Shown here piece after piece: positions 9,636 to 20,271 of a stretch of DNA of 64,000 nt. Below the pieces are notes generated by a model that worked only from the letters and a program-made list of their open reading frames with translations, was not told the origin of the DNA and did no database searches. This stretch comes from a virus (lineage: Duplodnaviria; Heunggongvirae; Uroviricota; Caudoviricetes). The stretch's first letter is position 1. Each line of letters opens with the position of its first letter. A program made the position numbers and the translations under genes. The stretch spans positions 128,001 to 192,000 of the IMG/VR virus record IMGVR_UViG_3300038345_000251; one strand, written 5' to 3'.

Positions 9636-10325
9636 ATGAGAATAGAAGATTATGAGTTTATAGACGATTATGTTTATGACGGTGTTTGGGATGAAGATTG
9701 TGAAAAAAATGGCGTTTCTTTATCTTATGACGTTTTATCTCCTTTAGATGAAGAAGAAATTAATGATGAATTGGATGAAGATATAGAAGATGATTACGAA
9801 CCAGATGAATTGGATGAAGATGAAAATTCAAGTGATTATCGTTCATTTGATGAATATTCACTTGATTATCGTTCATTTATGAGTGCTAATCCAATTCCAT
9901 TTAAGAGTATGGTATGTAATTATAGTTATGTTTGCAAGGATAGATTTCTTGTTAAATTCCCAAATATTCCAAGTTTAAATAATTGTAACATAGACAATGT
10001 TTCTTTTAATTTCTCAAATAGAGACGGTGGAGAATTGAGTTTTGTTATAAATATGTTTGATGACTATTCAACAGTTGTTAATCAAATAATGGATAATTTT
10101 ATGTATCGTTGTGGAAATGATTATATAAAACCAAAAGAAAATAATATAATACTACTTGAAATATTTGACCCAACAGGTGTTGTTGTTTGTACATATACAT
10201 TTTTAAATGTTTTGTTAACAACTTATAATGGTGGTGAGTTTTCATATGGTGATAGTGGTTTACATAATATAAGTTTAAATTTTAAGTTCGATAATATGTT
10301 AACAAATAATAGTTTAAATAAATGA
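9636..10325 (+). CDS. Degenerate tail-tube paralog with acidic N-terminal extension
   Basis: C-terminal LLEIFDPTGVVVCTYTFLNV...GEFSYGDSGLHNISLNFKFD aligns by eye with tube LEMLDPTGAVVQKWILKNA...GDLSYGDDGLATISATIKMD. Confidence 0.7.
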   Translation: MRIEDYEFIDDYVYDGVWDEDCEKNGVSLSYDVLSPLDEEEINDELDEDIEDDYEPDELDEDENSSDYRSFDEYSLDYRSFMSANPIPFKSMVCNYSYVCKDRFLVKFPNIPSLNNCNIDNVSFNFSNRDGGELSFVINMFDDYSTVVNQIMDNFMYRCGNDYIKPKENNIILLEIFDPTGVVVCTYTFLNVLLTTYNGGEFSYGDSGLHNISLNFKFDNMLTNNSLNK

Positions 10326-10328
10326 AAT

Positions 10329-11093
10329 ATGAAAAAAGATTTAAAAAGTGAAAAATTAAGAAGAATTAAAGAATTGGAAAATTCAATTCAGATGTATAAT
10401 GTTAGTATACAGGAAATGGTACAGAGAGGACAATGTGAACAATGGATTGATTTAGTAATGAGCGAAGCGGAAAAGGAACGTAGACTTCTTGAATTTATTA
10501 AATCAATGAATGATGAACAATTTGAGATTTATTATGATAATCCATATGATAGAGTTAAAAAGTTTTTACCTGATACTGTTTCTGAATTTTCTTTTTATAA
10601 AGATTTGTTTAGTAAGTTAGAAGTAAACAATTGTAAACCTGAACGTGCTATTTTTAAAGAAAATGGTAATCATTATCTTGACGATGTTATAGAACCACTT
10701 AGGAAAAATGGGTATTTGGTAACTTTACCTGATTTTTATAATATTGCAGAAAACGAAGTAGTTGAATTTTGGGATGATAAGAAAAAGAAAGAAGTACATC
10801 TTCGTGTAAGAGAAAGTGCTGGAAAAAGACAAATTATTAAGATTTATAATATACTGTACAGTAAACATAGTGATAATGGAAAAGCACCTGAAACAATATA
10901 TGTGGATATAGTTACACCAAATTTACAGACAGATTATGTTCATGTATATAATAATTGTGAATTAGTTGATTTTTTTGAAGATGCTTTAACTTATAAGGTT
11001 GATAAAGATGAAGATAGTTTTAAATATTTTAGTTTGACATTTAGTTATAATGGAGAATCATTTATTTATGATGGAAATCATATATCATTATGA
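10329..11093 (+). CDS. Second, more divergent tail-tube paralog with helical N-terminus
   Basis: EPLRKNGYLVTLPDFYNIAE resembles tube EPLKKNRWIFRFPADLGIQE; C-terminal strand pattern is similar. Confidence 0.5.
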   Translation: MKKDLKSEKLRRIKELENSIQMYNVSIQEMVQRGQCEQWIDLVMSEAEKERRLLEFIKSMNDEQFEIYYDNPYDRVKKFLPDTVSEFSFYKDLFSKLEVNNCKPERAIFKENGNHYLDDVIEPLRKNGYLVTLPDFYNIAENEVVEFWDDKKKKEVHLRVRESAGKRQIIKIYNILYSKHSDNGKAPETIYVDIVTPNLQTDYVHVYNNCELVDFFEDALTYKVDKDEDSFKYFSLTFSYNGESFIYDGNHISL

Positions 11094-11557
11094 AACAACC
11101 AGTAAAAAACAAAACATTAGTTAAACCAATTAAATCTAAAAAAACAACAGGTAAACGTAAGCATAAAGAGTATGGTACATCTAAACTTGAAGAACGTTTT
11201 GCTAAAGAATTTTTAGATAAACTTGGTGTTGAATACATTTATCAATTTAAGGCTGAAGATATTGGTAGATATTATGATTTTTACTGTCCTAAAGCAAATT
11301 GTATAATTGAAGTTGATGGTGATTTTTATCATTCTTATGGGTTGACACATGAAGAAAAAAATCCGATGCAGAAACATAATGAATATGTTGATAAAATTAA
11401 AGATGAATGGGCATTAATGCATGGAATACCAATACTAAGAATTTGGGAACATGATATAAACAAGAATTCAAGTAAAGTAATGAAAGAATTAAAGAAATAT
11501 ATTGGTGAATGTAATAAGAAAGTTTTACTAAAAGAAAATAAGAAAAAGAGACATTAA
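11090..11557 (+). CDS. DUF559/Vsr-like endonuclease
   Basis: SKLEERF, YQF, YDFY, IIEVDGDFYH, D.IKDEWA, ILRIWE. Confidence 0.8.
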   Translation: MKQPVKNKTLVKPIKSKKTTGKRKHKEYGTSKLEERFAKEFLDKLGVEYIYQFKAEDIGRYYDFYCPKANCIIEVDGDFYHSYGLTHEEKNPMQKHNEYVDKIKDEWALMHGIPILRIWEHDINKNSSKVMKELKKYIGECNKKVLLKENKKKRH

Positions 11558-11580
11558 TAATTATTAAAATTTAAACATAA

Positions 11581-12840
11581 ATGGCTAATCCTAAAGAACT
11601 TGAAACATTAAAGAATTCTTTTCTTATGTATGAAAATACAAGAAAACAGACAGAAAAGAACATGAAAACTGCGTTAAATCCTGATGGTACAAAAAAATAC
11701 GATAAGGAAAAAATAGATGCAGAATTGGCATTAATTGATGAAGCAGAAAATGAAGTTATTCAAAAGTATGTTTTAGCAGGTGGAAATGCAGATGATTTAA
11801 AGAAAAAAAGAAGAAAAACAACAAAAACAGTTGATAATAATAATGATTTAACAATTAATGAAATGATTGAAGCAAATAGAAACGATGCACAGCCTATCAT
11901 TACTACGGAAACTGTTATTGAAAAAGATTTTTCTTCATCAAAATTTGAATATAATCCACAGGCAGCATATGACGTAATTCCATTACCTTCAAAGGGGGAA
12001 TGTTATAAGAATAAGATGTCAAAAATTCCTGTAGGTTATCTTACTGCATATGATGAAAATATGATTATTGCTCCAAACTTGTATAAAGATAATAAAATTA
12101 TTGATACAATGCTTAGAGAAAAAGTACTTAATTCAACTGTTGATGTAGAAGATATGCTTGAAGGTGATAGAGAGGCTATTATTCTTTTTCTTAGGGCATC
12201 AGGTTATGGTAATGAATATCCAATTACAGCAACAGATAATGCAACAAATGTGAGTTTTGAAACATATGTTGATTTATCAAAGTTGAAATTTAAAGAGTTT
12301 AAACTTAAAGGTGATGTAAATGGGTGGTTTGAATATACACTTCCTATTTGCGGAAAAACAGTTAAATTTAAGTTTTTAACCCATAGAGATATTGAAAATC
12401 TTAATAGATTGGAAGAACTTGAAGAAGCAAAACTTAGAAAAGATAAATTAAGAGAGATTGTTTCTACGATGGATGATTACGTAGAAAACGATAAGAATCT
12501 TGAACAAAAAGAACGTGTATTAATTAGAAAGGCTATTAGAGATATTGAAAAGTGGGAAGAAGGTATGGATGATGATACACTTTTATACACACATACAGTA
12601 ACTAATAGACTTGAACTTTCCATTATGGAAGTTGATGGTGTGACTGATAGAAGAATTATCCGTGATTTTGTTAGAAACATGAATGTTAAAGATTCATCTG
12701 CTTTGAGAAAATATATCAGAGATAATGAACCTGGTATTGATTATAACATTGAAATTGAAAAACCAGAGTCTCTGGGAGGTGGGACAATGAATGTGTTTCT
12801 TCAACTTGACCAGTATATTTTTCTCAATGTTGCCGAATGA
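11581..12840 (+). CDS. Baseplate hub / tail assembly chaperone (T4 gp26-like)
   Basis: IPLPSKG, LTAYDEN, GDREAIILFLRASGYG, DSSALRKYI..NEPGID; lies upstream of the tape measure gene. Confidence 0.7.
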   Translation: MANPKELETLKNSFLMYENTRKQTEKNMKTALNPDGTKKYDKEKIDAELALIDEAENEVIQKYVLAGGNADDLKKKRRKTTKTVDNNNDLTINEMIEANRNDAQPIITTETVIEKDFSSSKFEYNPQAAYDVIPLPSKGECYKNKMSKIPVGYLTAYDENMIIAPNLYKDNKIIDTMLREKVLNSTVDVEDMLEGDREAIILFLRASGYGNEYPITATDNATNVSFETYVDLSKLKFKEFKLKGDVNGWFEYTLPICGKTVKFKFLTHRDIENLNRLEELEEAKLRKDKLREIVSTMDDYVENDKNLEQKERVLIRKAIRDIEKWEEGMDDDTLLYTHTVTNRLELSIMEVDGVTDRRIIRDFVRNMNVKDSSALRKYIRDNEPGIDYNIEIEKPESLGGGTMNVFLQLDQYIFLNVAE

Positions 12841-13084
12841 TTATGAAAGAACACTTAAAGATGAAATTTATGGGTGCTTTAAACACATAGGAATTCCAAT
12901 TGAAACCGTCTTTAATATGCCAATTCAAGATAGGAGATATTATATTTTGAAACATAATGAAGAACAAGAAAGACGTAAGAAAGAAATAGATGAACGTGAT
13001 GGTAAAACCGTTACTGAAAATGGAGACCTTAATGCTTATGCACGAAATGAACAGTCTAACAACAGAAACTATTCGAAAATGTAA
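12827..13084 (+). CDS. Small tail assembly chaperone partner, possibly the frameshift extension of the upstream gene
   Basis: Overlaps the upstream stop in the +1 frame; EIY...VFNMPIQDRRYYI resembles gpGT/gp51-type chaperone tails. Confidence 0.6.
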   Translation: MLPNDYERTLKDEIYGCFKHIGIPIETVFNMPIQDRRYYILKHNEEQERRKKEIDERDGKTVTENGDLNAYARNEQSNNRNYSKM

Positions 13085-13113
13085 GAGAACAATAAAAATT
13101 TGTTCTCTTTTTT
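13083..13113 (+). terminator. Intrinsic terminator
   Basis: AAGAGAACAA...TTGTTCTCTT followed by a T run. Confidence 0.7.
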
Positions 13114-13134
13114 CTTTAAAGAAATTAAGTACGA

Positions 13135-13144
13135 GATATTTATA
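13135..13144 (+). promoter_or_regulatory. Putative late promoter motif (GATATTTATA)
   Basis: Upstream of the tape measure gene. Confidence 0.55.
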
Positions 13145-13177
13145 AATGAATAATTGTATTTTTAACAGATTAATTGT

Positions 13178-16100
13178 ATGGCTTTAGATGACAAAGATAT
13201 AAAGAAGATTAGTGATAGTATATCAGAAGCAATATCAAAGGGATTTGATGGTGTATCAGATAGTCTTGCAAGAATTATAGCACAACAGAAATCAAATATT
13301 CCAAATTCTGCGTTAGATTATCGTGGTACTAACTTTGGACGTAGAGTTACAGGTGAAGATTTGGAACAACAATTAAAAAGACTTACACGTGATTTACAAA
13401 GACAGTATGCTGATACACGTACTGCAACAAGTGGTGCACGTGTATTTAATGGTATAACCACACCTGCACGTGAATTAAAATATGAAAGAGATAGGGTTAA
13501 AGACACAGTACAAAGTTATAAAAATGCAATTAATGAATTAAAGGAAACTTTTGGTAAATTAGATAAATCTGATGCTGAAGCTTTAAAAGAACTTAATAAA
13601 GAATTTGATGAATTAACACAAAAAGTTAAAGATTCTGAAAACATATTTGGTAAACTTAAGGATGGTGTTCTTTCAGGTATTACATTTACTAAAGAAGAAC
13701 TTGAAAAGGTTAAAGAGTTGTTAGAAAATACTGATTTTACATCTATTTTTGATAAAAATGGTAAACCTGTTACTGATAAAGTAAATGAATTGGTTGACAA
13801 TTTAAATAAAGAAATAGGTAAAACAGTTTTTGATTCTGGAAAGATTCAGTCATTGGCTAATGCACAGAGAGAGTTAAATAAAAATGAATCTGAAAGAGAA
13901 AAAATTGGTAAGGGTATTTCTAAAGTATATGAGGAACAAACCGAATCATTAAAGGAACAAGCAAGATATGCCGATTTATCTATTCGTACAATGAAAGACG
14001 GATGGAGTGGGTTAAAAAGGCACGTTGTTAGTTTAGCAGAAGGATGGAGAAAAGTTGACCAGGCATCTGCTAATTTTGCTAAAAATATTGGTGTTGGTAG
14101 TAGAGGGTTAGTTGCTTTGAGAAAAAATACTATGGATATGATAACCAATAAGGGTATTGGTTTAAACTATGGTATTGGAATGGAAGATTTAATCAACATT
14201 ACTCAAAACTATTCTAAAGTTACTGGTAGAAATGTTGGTATGACTGCTGAAGATATTGAAACAGGTGCAGCAATGAGCCGTTTGATGGGTGATAAAGGTG
14301 GTGAATTTGCAACAGCACTTGAAAACTTTGGTTTGTCATATACTGAAGCAGGTAAACGTGCAGGTAAAATGTTTGCCGATGCTTCAAAAGCTGGTTTATC
14401 ATTTGAGAGATATTCAGATAACTTCTTAAAGAACATTAAGATGGCACAAAAATATACGTTTAGGGATGGTTTAAGAGGCCTTGAACGTATGGCTAAAAAA
14501 GCAACTGAAATTAGAATGGATATGCAAAACATAGCAAGTTTTGCAGATAAAGTAAGTACATTACAAGGTGCTGCTGAAACTAGTGCATCACTTCAGGTTT
14601 TAGGTGGACCATTTGCACAATTTAGTGACCCTCTTGGTATGTTAAATGAAGGCCTTAACGATATGGAAGGCCTTATGAATAGGGTTGATAAAATGATGAA
14701 CGGTATCTCTAAATTTAATACGACAACAGGTCAAATTGATATGAATTCATTTAATCGTATTAGATTAAGAGAGGCAGCAAAAGCAATGAACATTCCGTAT
14801 GAACAGTTAGTTGAAACCGCACAAGAAAAGGGTAGAAGAAATTTTGTTGAAAGTCAGTTAAATGCAGGTGGTAGAAACTTTACTGATGAACAACGTGAGT
14901 TTTTATTGAATACTGCTACTGTGCAAGAAGGACAAGCCAAAATGTCGTATCTTGATAAACAAGGTAATAGAATTACAAAAAATGTAAATGAATTAACAGC
15001 AGCAGATATTGAACAAGCAAGAGCACAAAACCAATCTGATTCCGATAACATTAAGTCAATTGCTAAAGCGACAATGAGTTTAAATGAACGTATAGAAGGT
15101 GTTGAAAAAACAGCAGAAGCAATTAAAGCAAAAGCAATTGAACCAGTAATGGATTGGCTTAAAGACAAAATGGGGCTTGCACAAGATTATCTTGGTGCTA
15201 TTAAAATAGCTGTTCTTGCAATTGCTGGCGGTCAATTAGTTGGTGATATTTCTAAGATGGTAATGGGTGGCGGTAACTTTTTATCATCAGGTAGATTCTT
15301 TAGAGGAATGAAAGCTGGAGTAACACATCCTGGTATGAAGATGAAAGGGATGGCAGGTTTAGGCTCTAAGTTTGCAAATTGGGGTGGTAAATCTGTTGGT
15401 GTAGCAGGTGGTGTTGGTAATGCTTTAGGTGCTCTTGCAACAGGTGTTGAAGTTATTGCAGCAGGTGTTGACATTTTCAAGAAATCTAAAGAAATAAAAG
15501 GAATGTCTAAAGCACAAGACAATGCAGTAGGTGCTGGAAAGTATAAAAAGGATAGTAAAGAAGATATTGAAGCAACACAAGCAAAATACGGTGCAAAAGG
15601 TGCTGCATGGGGTAAAGGAATAGGAACAGCAGTTGGTGCTGCAACAATGTTGATACCTGCTGTTGGACCAATAATTTCAGCGATTGCTACACCGTTGTTA
15701 GGTAAGTTAGGTGAAAATTTAGGTGAAAAGTGGGGTAAAAAGAGCAAAAAAGCACAAAAAGATATTGCTCAAAGGCATGAAGAATCAATTAAAGAACAAA
15801 GATACAATAATGCTTTGAAGAGAGCTGGTTTTGAATTAAATGGTGGTTATACAACAACAGAGTATCAACAAATAATGGCTGCAATTAATCGTGGCGGTGA
15901 TAATACAATTACAAAAGAAGAATTTGATTCGTTACCAGAAGAATTGAGAAATAAATTGATGGCATCTGAAGATGTTTCATTATTCCCTGAATTACAAGAA
16001 CTTACAGTTAAAGATGCAACAATAGACACTGAAAATGCCACAATTAATGCGACTTCAGTAAATATTGTCGGTGATGGTAAAAATAAAAAAGCAAATGGCG

Positions 16101-16519
16101 GTTTGTTATATGGTCCATCACACGCAAAAGGTGGCGTTATGGTTAACGCAGAGGGTGGAGAATATGTTGTTAACAAAGAAGCAACTAAAGAAAATTTAGG
16201 TTTGTTAAGTGCAATTAACGCTAAATCATATGGAAAAGGTGGTATTGTTCCAAGAAATAGTGAAAATATGCAACCAATATCTGTTTTACCAAATACATTA
16301 ACAAACAATTATTATGGTGGTGGAAGTACATCTAGAATTGAACCGATTGATGTTAATATTAATGGTACGATAAAACTTGATGGTGGAAATGGTAAAAACA
16401 TTGATATGTCATCATTATTACGAGACCCTGTATTTATTAGACAAATTACTAACATACTTGAACAGGAAATGATTTTGAATCAACATGGTGCAAGGTATAC
16501 AAATAAATTGAGAAGTTAA
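13178..16519 (+). CDS. Tape measure protein
   Basis: 1113 aa, helical/coiled-coil, Gly/Ala-rich hydrophobic segment, ANGG..GPSH..GG...EGGEYVVN motif; follows the chaperone genes. Confidence 0.8.
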   Translation: MALDDKDIKKISDSISEAISKGFDGVSDSLARIIAQQKSNIPNSALDYRGTNFGRRVTGEDLEQQLKRLTRDLQRQYADTRTATSGARVFNGITTPARELKYERDRVKDTVQSYKNAINELKETFGKLDKSDAEALKELNKEFDELTQKVKDSENIFGKLKDGVLSGITFTKEELEKVKELLENTDFTSIFDKNGKPVTDKVNELVDNLNKEIGKTVFDSGKIQSLANAQRELNKNESEREKIGKGISKVYEEQTESLKEQARYADLSIRTMKDGWSGLKRHVVSLAEGWRKVDQASANFAKNIGVGSRGLVALRKNTMDMITNKGIGLNYGIGMEDLINITQNYSKVTGRNVGMTAEDIETGAAMSRLMGDKGGEFATALENFGLSYTEAGKRAGKMFADASKAGLSFERYSDNFLKNIKMAQKYTFRDGLRGLERMAKKATEIRMDMQNIASFADKVSTLQGAAETSASLQVLGGPFAQFSDPLGMLNEGLNDMEGLMNRVDKMMNGISKFNTTTGQIDMNSFNRIRLREAAKAMNIPYEQLVETAQEKGRRNFVESQLNAGGRNFTDEQREFLLNTATVQEGQAKMSYLDKQGNRITKNVNELTAADIEQARAQNQSDSDNIKSIAKATMSLNERIEGVEKTAEAIKAKAIEPVMDWLKDKMGLAQDYLGAIKIAVLAIAGGQLVGDISKMVMGGGNFLSSGRFFRGMKAGVTHPGMKMKGMAGLGSKFANWGGKSVGVAGGVGNALGALATGVEVIAAGVDIFKKSKEIKGMSKAQDNAVGAGKYKKDSKEDIEATQAKYGAKGAAWGKGIGTAVGAATMLIPAVGPIISAIATPLLGKLGENLGEKWGKKSKKAQKDIAQRHEESIKEQRYNNALKRAGFELNGGYTTTEYQQIMAAINRGGDNTITKEEFDSLPEELRNKLMASEDVSLFPELQELTVKDATIDTENATINATSVNIVGDGKNKKANGGLLYGPSHAKGGVMVNAEGGEYVVNKEATKENLGLLSAINAKSYGKGGIVPRNSENMQPISVLPNTLTNNYYGGGSTSRIEPIDVNINGTIKLDGGNGKNIDMSSLLRDPVFIRQITNILEQEMILNQHGARYTNKLRS

Positions 16520-16561
16520 TTGACATTATAAAAATAAACATATATTTTATTAAGAGAAATT

Positions 16562-19500
16562 ATGGCAAATACACAATATCCAATTGGTAGTAGTAAAGAA
16601 TATATAAGAGGTGTTAAAGGATTATACGGACGTTCAATAGGAACACGAAATGAAATGTTATTTAATAATCCTTTAGTAAGGAGATATAGAGAACATGCTG
16701 AAGGTTATAGTATGGTAGATGCTCCTGAAATCGGTGAACCATATATTCTACCAAATCCCAAATCACGTGATAAAAAGTTTTGGGATAGTTTTGGTGGTCT
16801 TGTGGGTTATACCTATGACCAAGGATATTTAGAGACTGATAATTATAAGGTTATTAGTAGGTTTGAGGATATTGAAAAACATCAGGGATATTTAAGAGAT
16901 AGAGTACCTTATTTGTATAATGTTGATATACCTGTTGATATTAATCGTGAATTTTTTGATTATAGTTTTCTTAATAGATTATATGGTTATTCTATGCCAT
17001 TTAGAGAAATAAATTTATATGGTAATAGTGAATCATATGGTGAGTTTAATCCTGTAAGACATACAACCAATAGATATAATCCAGAAGAAGGTATGTCTTA
17101 TGTTGAGCCTAAATCTGAAAACGTTATCTATTCAACAAATGAAGAAACTTTTTATGTTGATGGTAAGTCTATTGATACAACATCTTATAGTAGAGACGAT
17201 TTAGGTTATCTTAAAACACTTCCATCTAATCAGTCATTAAATGATAGAATACATGGTTTATATGATGAACGTACTGAAGGTGATGATAAAAATAGATTAA
17301 ATAGGGGTAATGGTACTGAAAATGATAATAGGCCAAGTAATGATTTAATATATGATTTAGCAGATTTTAATAATGATAGTAATGGTTTAATTTCTAAAAC
17401 AAATGAGTTATTTAGACAAGGTAAAATAAATTCTATGATTAATAGATTTTATTTACCAAATCAGGAACGAAGTGAAATTCAAACAGCATTACATGGTAAA
17501 TATGGTGTTTCAAGAGGTAGAAACTTAACAAGGAAAAATAGTACAATAACATCTAATGGTTATGAAGACCCTTATTGCCGTGTTTGGACATCACATTATC
17601 AATATAGTAAATATAAAAATGCAATAAGACCATTTATTGAAGATGGTATGGTATTATCACCACCATCTTTTGATGATAAATTCGGTATTGGTTTTAGACC
17701 TTTTAAAACCAACAGAACAATGTCTACTATTGATGAAGGTAATGGTTTACCTATCATTGCTCCAATGAAAAAAGATGGAGAATATAATGAAAATGATATT
17801 AGAAGATGTATGTTCTCTATTGAAAACCTTGCGTGGAAAGATGTACATGTTGATACAAGAGTAAATGAGAGAGGTTTTGATAGTTTATATAGAGGATATG
17901 ATAATGTTCTTTCAAAAGAACAAATGGGTCCAAATGGCGGTAGAATTATGTGGTTTCCACCATATAATTTGAAGTTTACTGAAAATGTTGGCGTTAATTG
18001 GAATGGTAATAGTTTTATTGGTAGGGGTGAACAAATATATACTTATGTAAATACTGATAGAACAGGTACATTAGATTTTACATTACTTATTGACCATCCA
18101 TCTATTCTTGATAGATATACAGTAAATAAAGGCGAAGCAACAATTGAAAATGATGAAGATATTTTAAGGTTCTTTGCTGGTTGTGGTATGCTTGAAATAG
18201 ATGATAAAATGACTGAAACAAAAACTAAAACTAGACCACTTCCACCTGTTGTTGAAGATGAACCACCTGTAGACCCAGTACCTGATGAAATTATTGCCGA
18301 TGTACATAAGAGATTATATGCATTTTTCCCTAATAACTTTTCAGGTGAAGACCATCAGGATAATCCTGTTAAAGCAATAAATTACTTATTATTAGGTGGT
18401 ACAGGTGCTACAGGTTATGAAGGTGGTATGACACATTCAAATAACCCAATTAATGGTTGTTTGGGTGAAGCAACAAAGACTTGTAAAAACAAAAATGGTA
18501 AGATAAATACTTGGTATTATGAATCCGATGATTGGAAGAAGAATGAAGTATTAAAGGTAAATACAACATATAAAAAAGGTGCGTATGGAACAAACTATAA
18601 AGATTCAAGTTGCTTCGGTTTGAATGATGATAGATTAATATCAATATTGACAGGAAATACAGCAGATAGTAAAAAAGCAAAAGAATATTTAAGATTAAAT
18701 GATTTAAGTGATGAAGAAATCACTCAACAGGTAGTTCCTTTTTCTAGTATTGATATGTTACGTGGAGAATTTGAAATTCATACAAGTGATGACCAAGCAA
18801 TTAATGCATTAGACCAAGCAGAAAGTATTAGAATACGTTGTGTTGGGTTTGCTTCAAAACACGGTAGTCAAATACCTAAAGGTAATGAAAGACTTGCATT
18901 TAATAGAGCAGAAATATTAAGGAATTACTTAATTAAAGAATCTAAATTTGACCCTAATTGGTTTGAACCATCAACCGTTGAAGGTTATAACATGGAAGTT
19001 GGTAATGATAGTGTTAGTTCTATTGAAGCAAAATTAGGTAGACACGCTGCTGTATTTATTGATATTACTTATAAATATACTGTAGAACCAACAGTAGAGA
19101 AAACAGAAGAAGAAAACGCAGTTATTATTAATAATAATGTTGATAAATTATTGCGTGAAACAACACTTGATTTGTATAACAAAGGTGCGTTTGATGGTAT
19201 AGGTGGATATAATAAGTTAGATACATCAACAATTGACAAAAGCGCACGTGATGCATTTTTAGCAAAACCTGTTGAACCAATTAAAAGTGAGTTTGTAACA
19301 ACAGAAGAGATTGTTCGTGAACCAGAATATGATACAGAATATCGTTATTTTGAAAGAATTGATAAAGAACAAGATGTTGTTAAACGATTGATAACAGATA
19401 AGGTTAAATATTTTGACCCAGCATATCATTCAATTACACCTGAAGGATTTAATGCAAGACTTACGTTCCTTCATCAATGCACAAGACAAGGACCAACAGT

Positions 19501-19948
19501 TGCTGCTTCTGAAAATGGTGCAGTAAGTGCTGGTAACTTGGCTTTTGGTAGACCACCTGTGTGTGTATTAAGAATTGGCGATTTTTATAATACAAAAATT
19601 ATTATTGATTCAGTATCAATTAATTATGATGCAAATGGTGGAACACAATGGGACATGAACACTGAAGGTATTGGGTTACAACCGATGTTTGCAAATGTAA
19701 CAATTGGGTTTAAGTTCTTAGGTGGTAGTGATTTAAGTGGTCCAATTGCAAGGCTTCAGAATGCTGTTTCTTATAACTTCTATGCTAATACTAGTGTATA
19801 TGATAGACATGCAGATTATAGAAATGCATTCGTTACTGATAATGCTAATGTTGATTTGGTTAACATGTGGGAAGCAGGTGTTAATACAAAGACAAATGAT
19901 ACAGCAAAATCGAATACAAGTGGTGTAAATCAAAATAATAGTAAATAA
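16562..19948 (+). CDS. Baseplate/tube-initiator-like virion protein with an inserted OmpA-like domain
   Basis: WFPPY.LKFTE...W....FIGRGEQIYTY...R and PPVCVLRIGDF...IIDSVSINY halves; internal GFAS...NERLAFNRAE.LRNYL. Confidence 0.6.
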   Translation: MANTQYPIGSSKEYIRGVKGLYGRSIGTRNEMLFNNPLVRRYREHAEGYSMVDAPEIGEPYILPNPKSRDKKFWDSFGGLVGYTYDQGYLETDNYKVISRFEDIEKHQGYLRDRVPYLYNVDIPVDINREFFDYSFLNRLYGYSMPFREINLYGNSESYGEFNPVRHTTNRYNPEEGMSYVEPKSENVIYSTNEETFYVDGKSIDTTSYSRDDLGYLKTLPSNQSLNDRIHGLYDERTEGDDKNRLNRGNGTENDNRPSNDLIYDLADFNNDSNGLISKTNELFRQGKINSMINRFYLPNQERSEIQTALHGKYGVSRGRNLTRKNSTITSNGYEDPYCRVWTSHYQYSKYKNAIRPFIEDGMVLSPPSFDDKFGIGFRPFKTNRTMSTIDEGNGLPIIAPMKKDGEYNENDIRRCMFSIENLAWKDVHVDTRVNERGFDSLYRGYDNVLSKEQMGPNGGRIMWFPPYNLKFTENVGVNWNGNSFIGRGEQIYTYVNTDRTGTLDFTLLIDHPSILDRYTVNKGEATIENDEDILRFFAGCGMLEIDDKMTETKTKTRPLPPVVEDEPPVDPVPDEIIADVHKRLYAFFPNNFSGEDHQDNPVKAINYLLLGGTGATGYEGGMTHSNNPINGCLGEATKTCKNKNGKINTWYYESDDWKKNEVLKVNTTYKKGAYGTNYKDSSCFGLNDDRLISILTGNTADSKKAKEYLRLNDLSDEEITQQVVPFSSIDMLRGEFEIHTSDDQAINALDQAESIRIRCVGFASKHGSQIPKGNERLAFNRAEILRNYLIKESKFDPNWFEPSTVEGYNMEVGNDSVSSIEAKLGRHAAVFIDITYKYTVEPTVEKTEEENAVIINNNVDKLLRETTLDLYNKGAFDGIGGYNKLDTSTIDKSARDAFLAKPVEPIKSEFVTTEEIVREPEYDTEYRYFERIDKEQDVVKRLITDKVKYFDPAYHSITPEGFNARLTFLHQCTRQGPTVAASENGAVSAGNLAFGRPPVCVLRIGDFYNTKIIIDSVSINYDANGGTQWDMNTEGIGLQPMFANVTIGFKFLGGSDLSGPIARLQNAVSYNFYANTSVYDRHADYRNAFVTDNANVDLVNMWEAGVNTKTNDTAKSNTSGVNQNNSK

Positions 19949-19959
19949 ATTATTTAAAT

Positions 19960-20268
19960 ATGTCATACGATAGATATTCAATGTTTAGACATGATGGACA
20001 AATAGATGTTGTTCCTTTTGGTAGGATTCCAGAAAAAAGTACAGATTTTTTTGAAGTATATGAAAAGGGAAAAACAAGACTTGACATTTTGTCATTTGAT
20101 TATTATAAAGATAGTAATTATGGGTGGTTGATTTTGCAAGCAAATCCACAATACGGTTCTATGGAATATGAAATACCTGATAAGGCTGTATTAAGAATTC
20201 CGTACCCATTAAGTAAAACTATTGAAGATTATGAACAATCAATAAAAGATTATAATTTATTATATTAA
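19960..20268 (+). CDS. Baseplate LysM/gp53/tail-X-like protein
   Basis: RLDILS..YY......WLILQANP.....EI.....LRIP. Confidence 0.75.
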   Translation: MSYDRYSMFRHDGQIDVVPFGRIPEKSTDFFEVYEKGKTRLDILSFDYYKDSNYGWLILQANPQYGSMEYEIPDKAVLRIPYPLSKTIEDYEQSIKDYNLLY

Positions 20269-20271
20269 TTT

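Noticed and set aside
13318-16308. Multiple minus-strand ORFs opposite the tape measure gene, and similar shadow ORFs inside other genes
   Set aside because: Antisense or alternate-frame shadows caused by codon bias; no recognisable motifs or leaders
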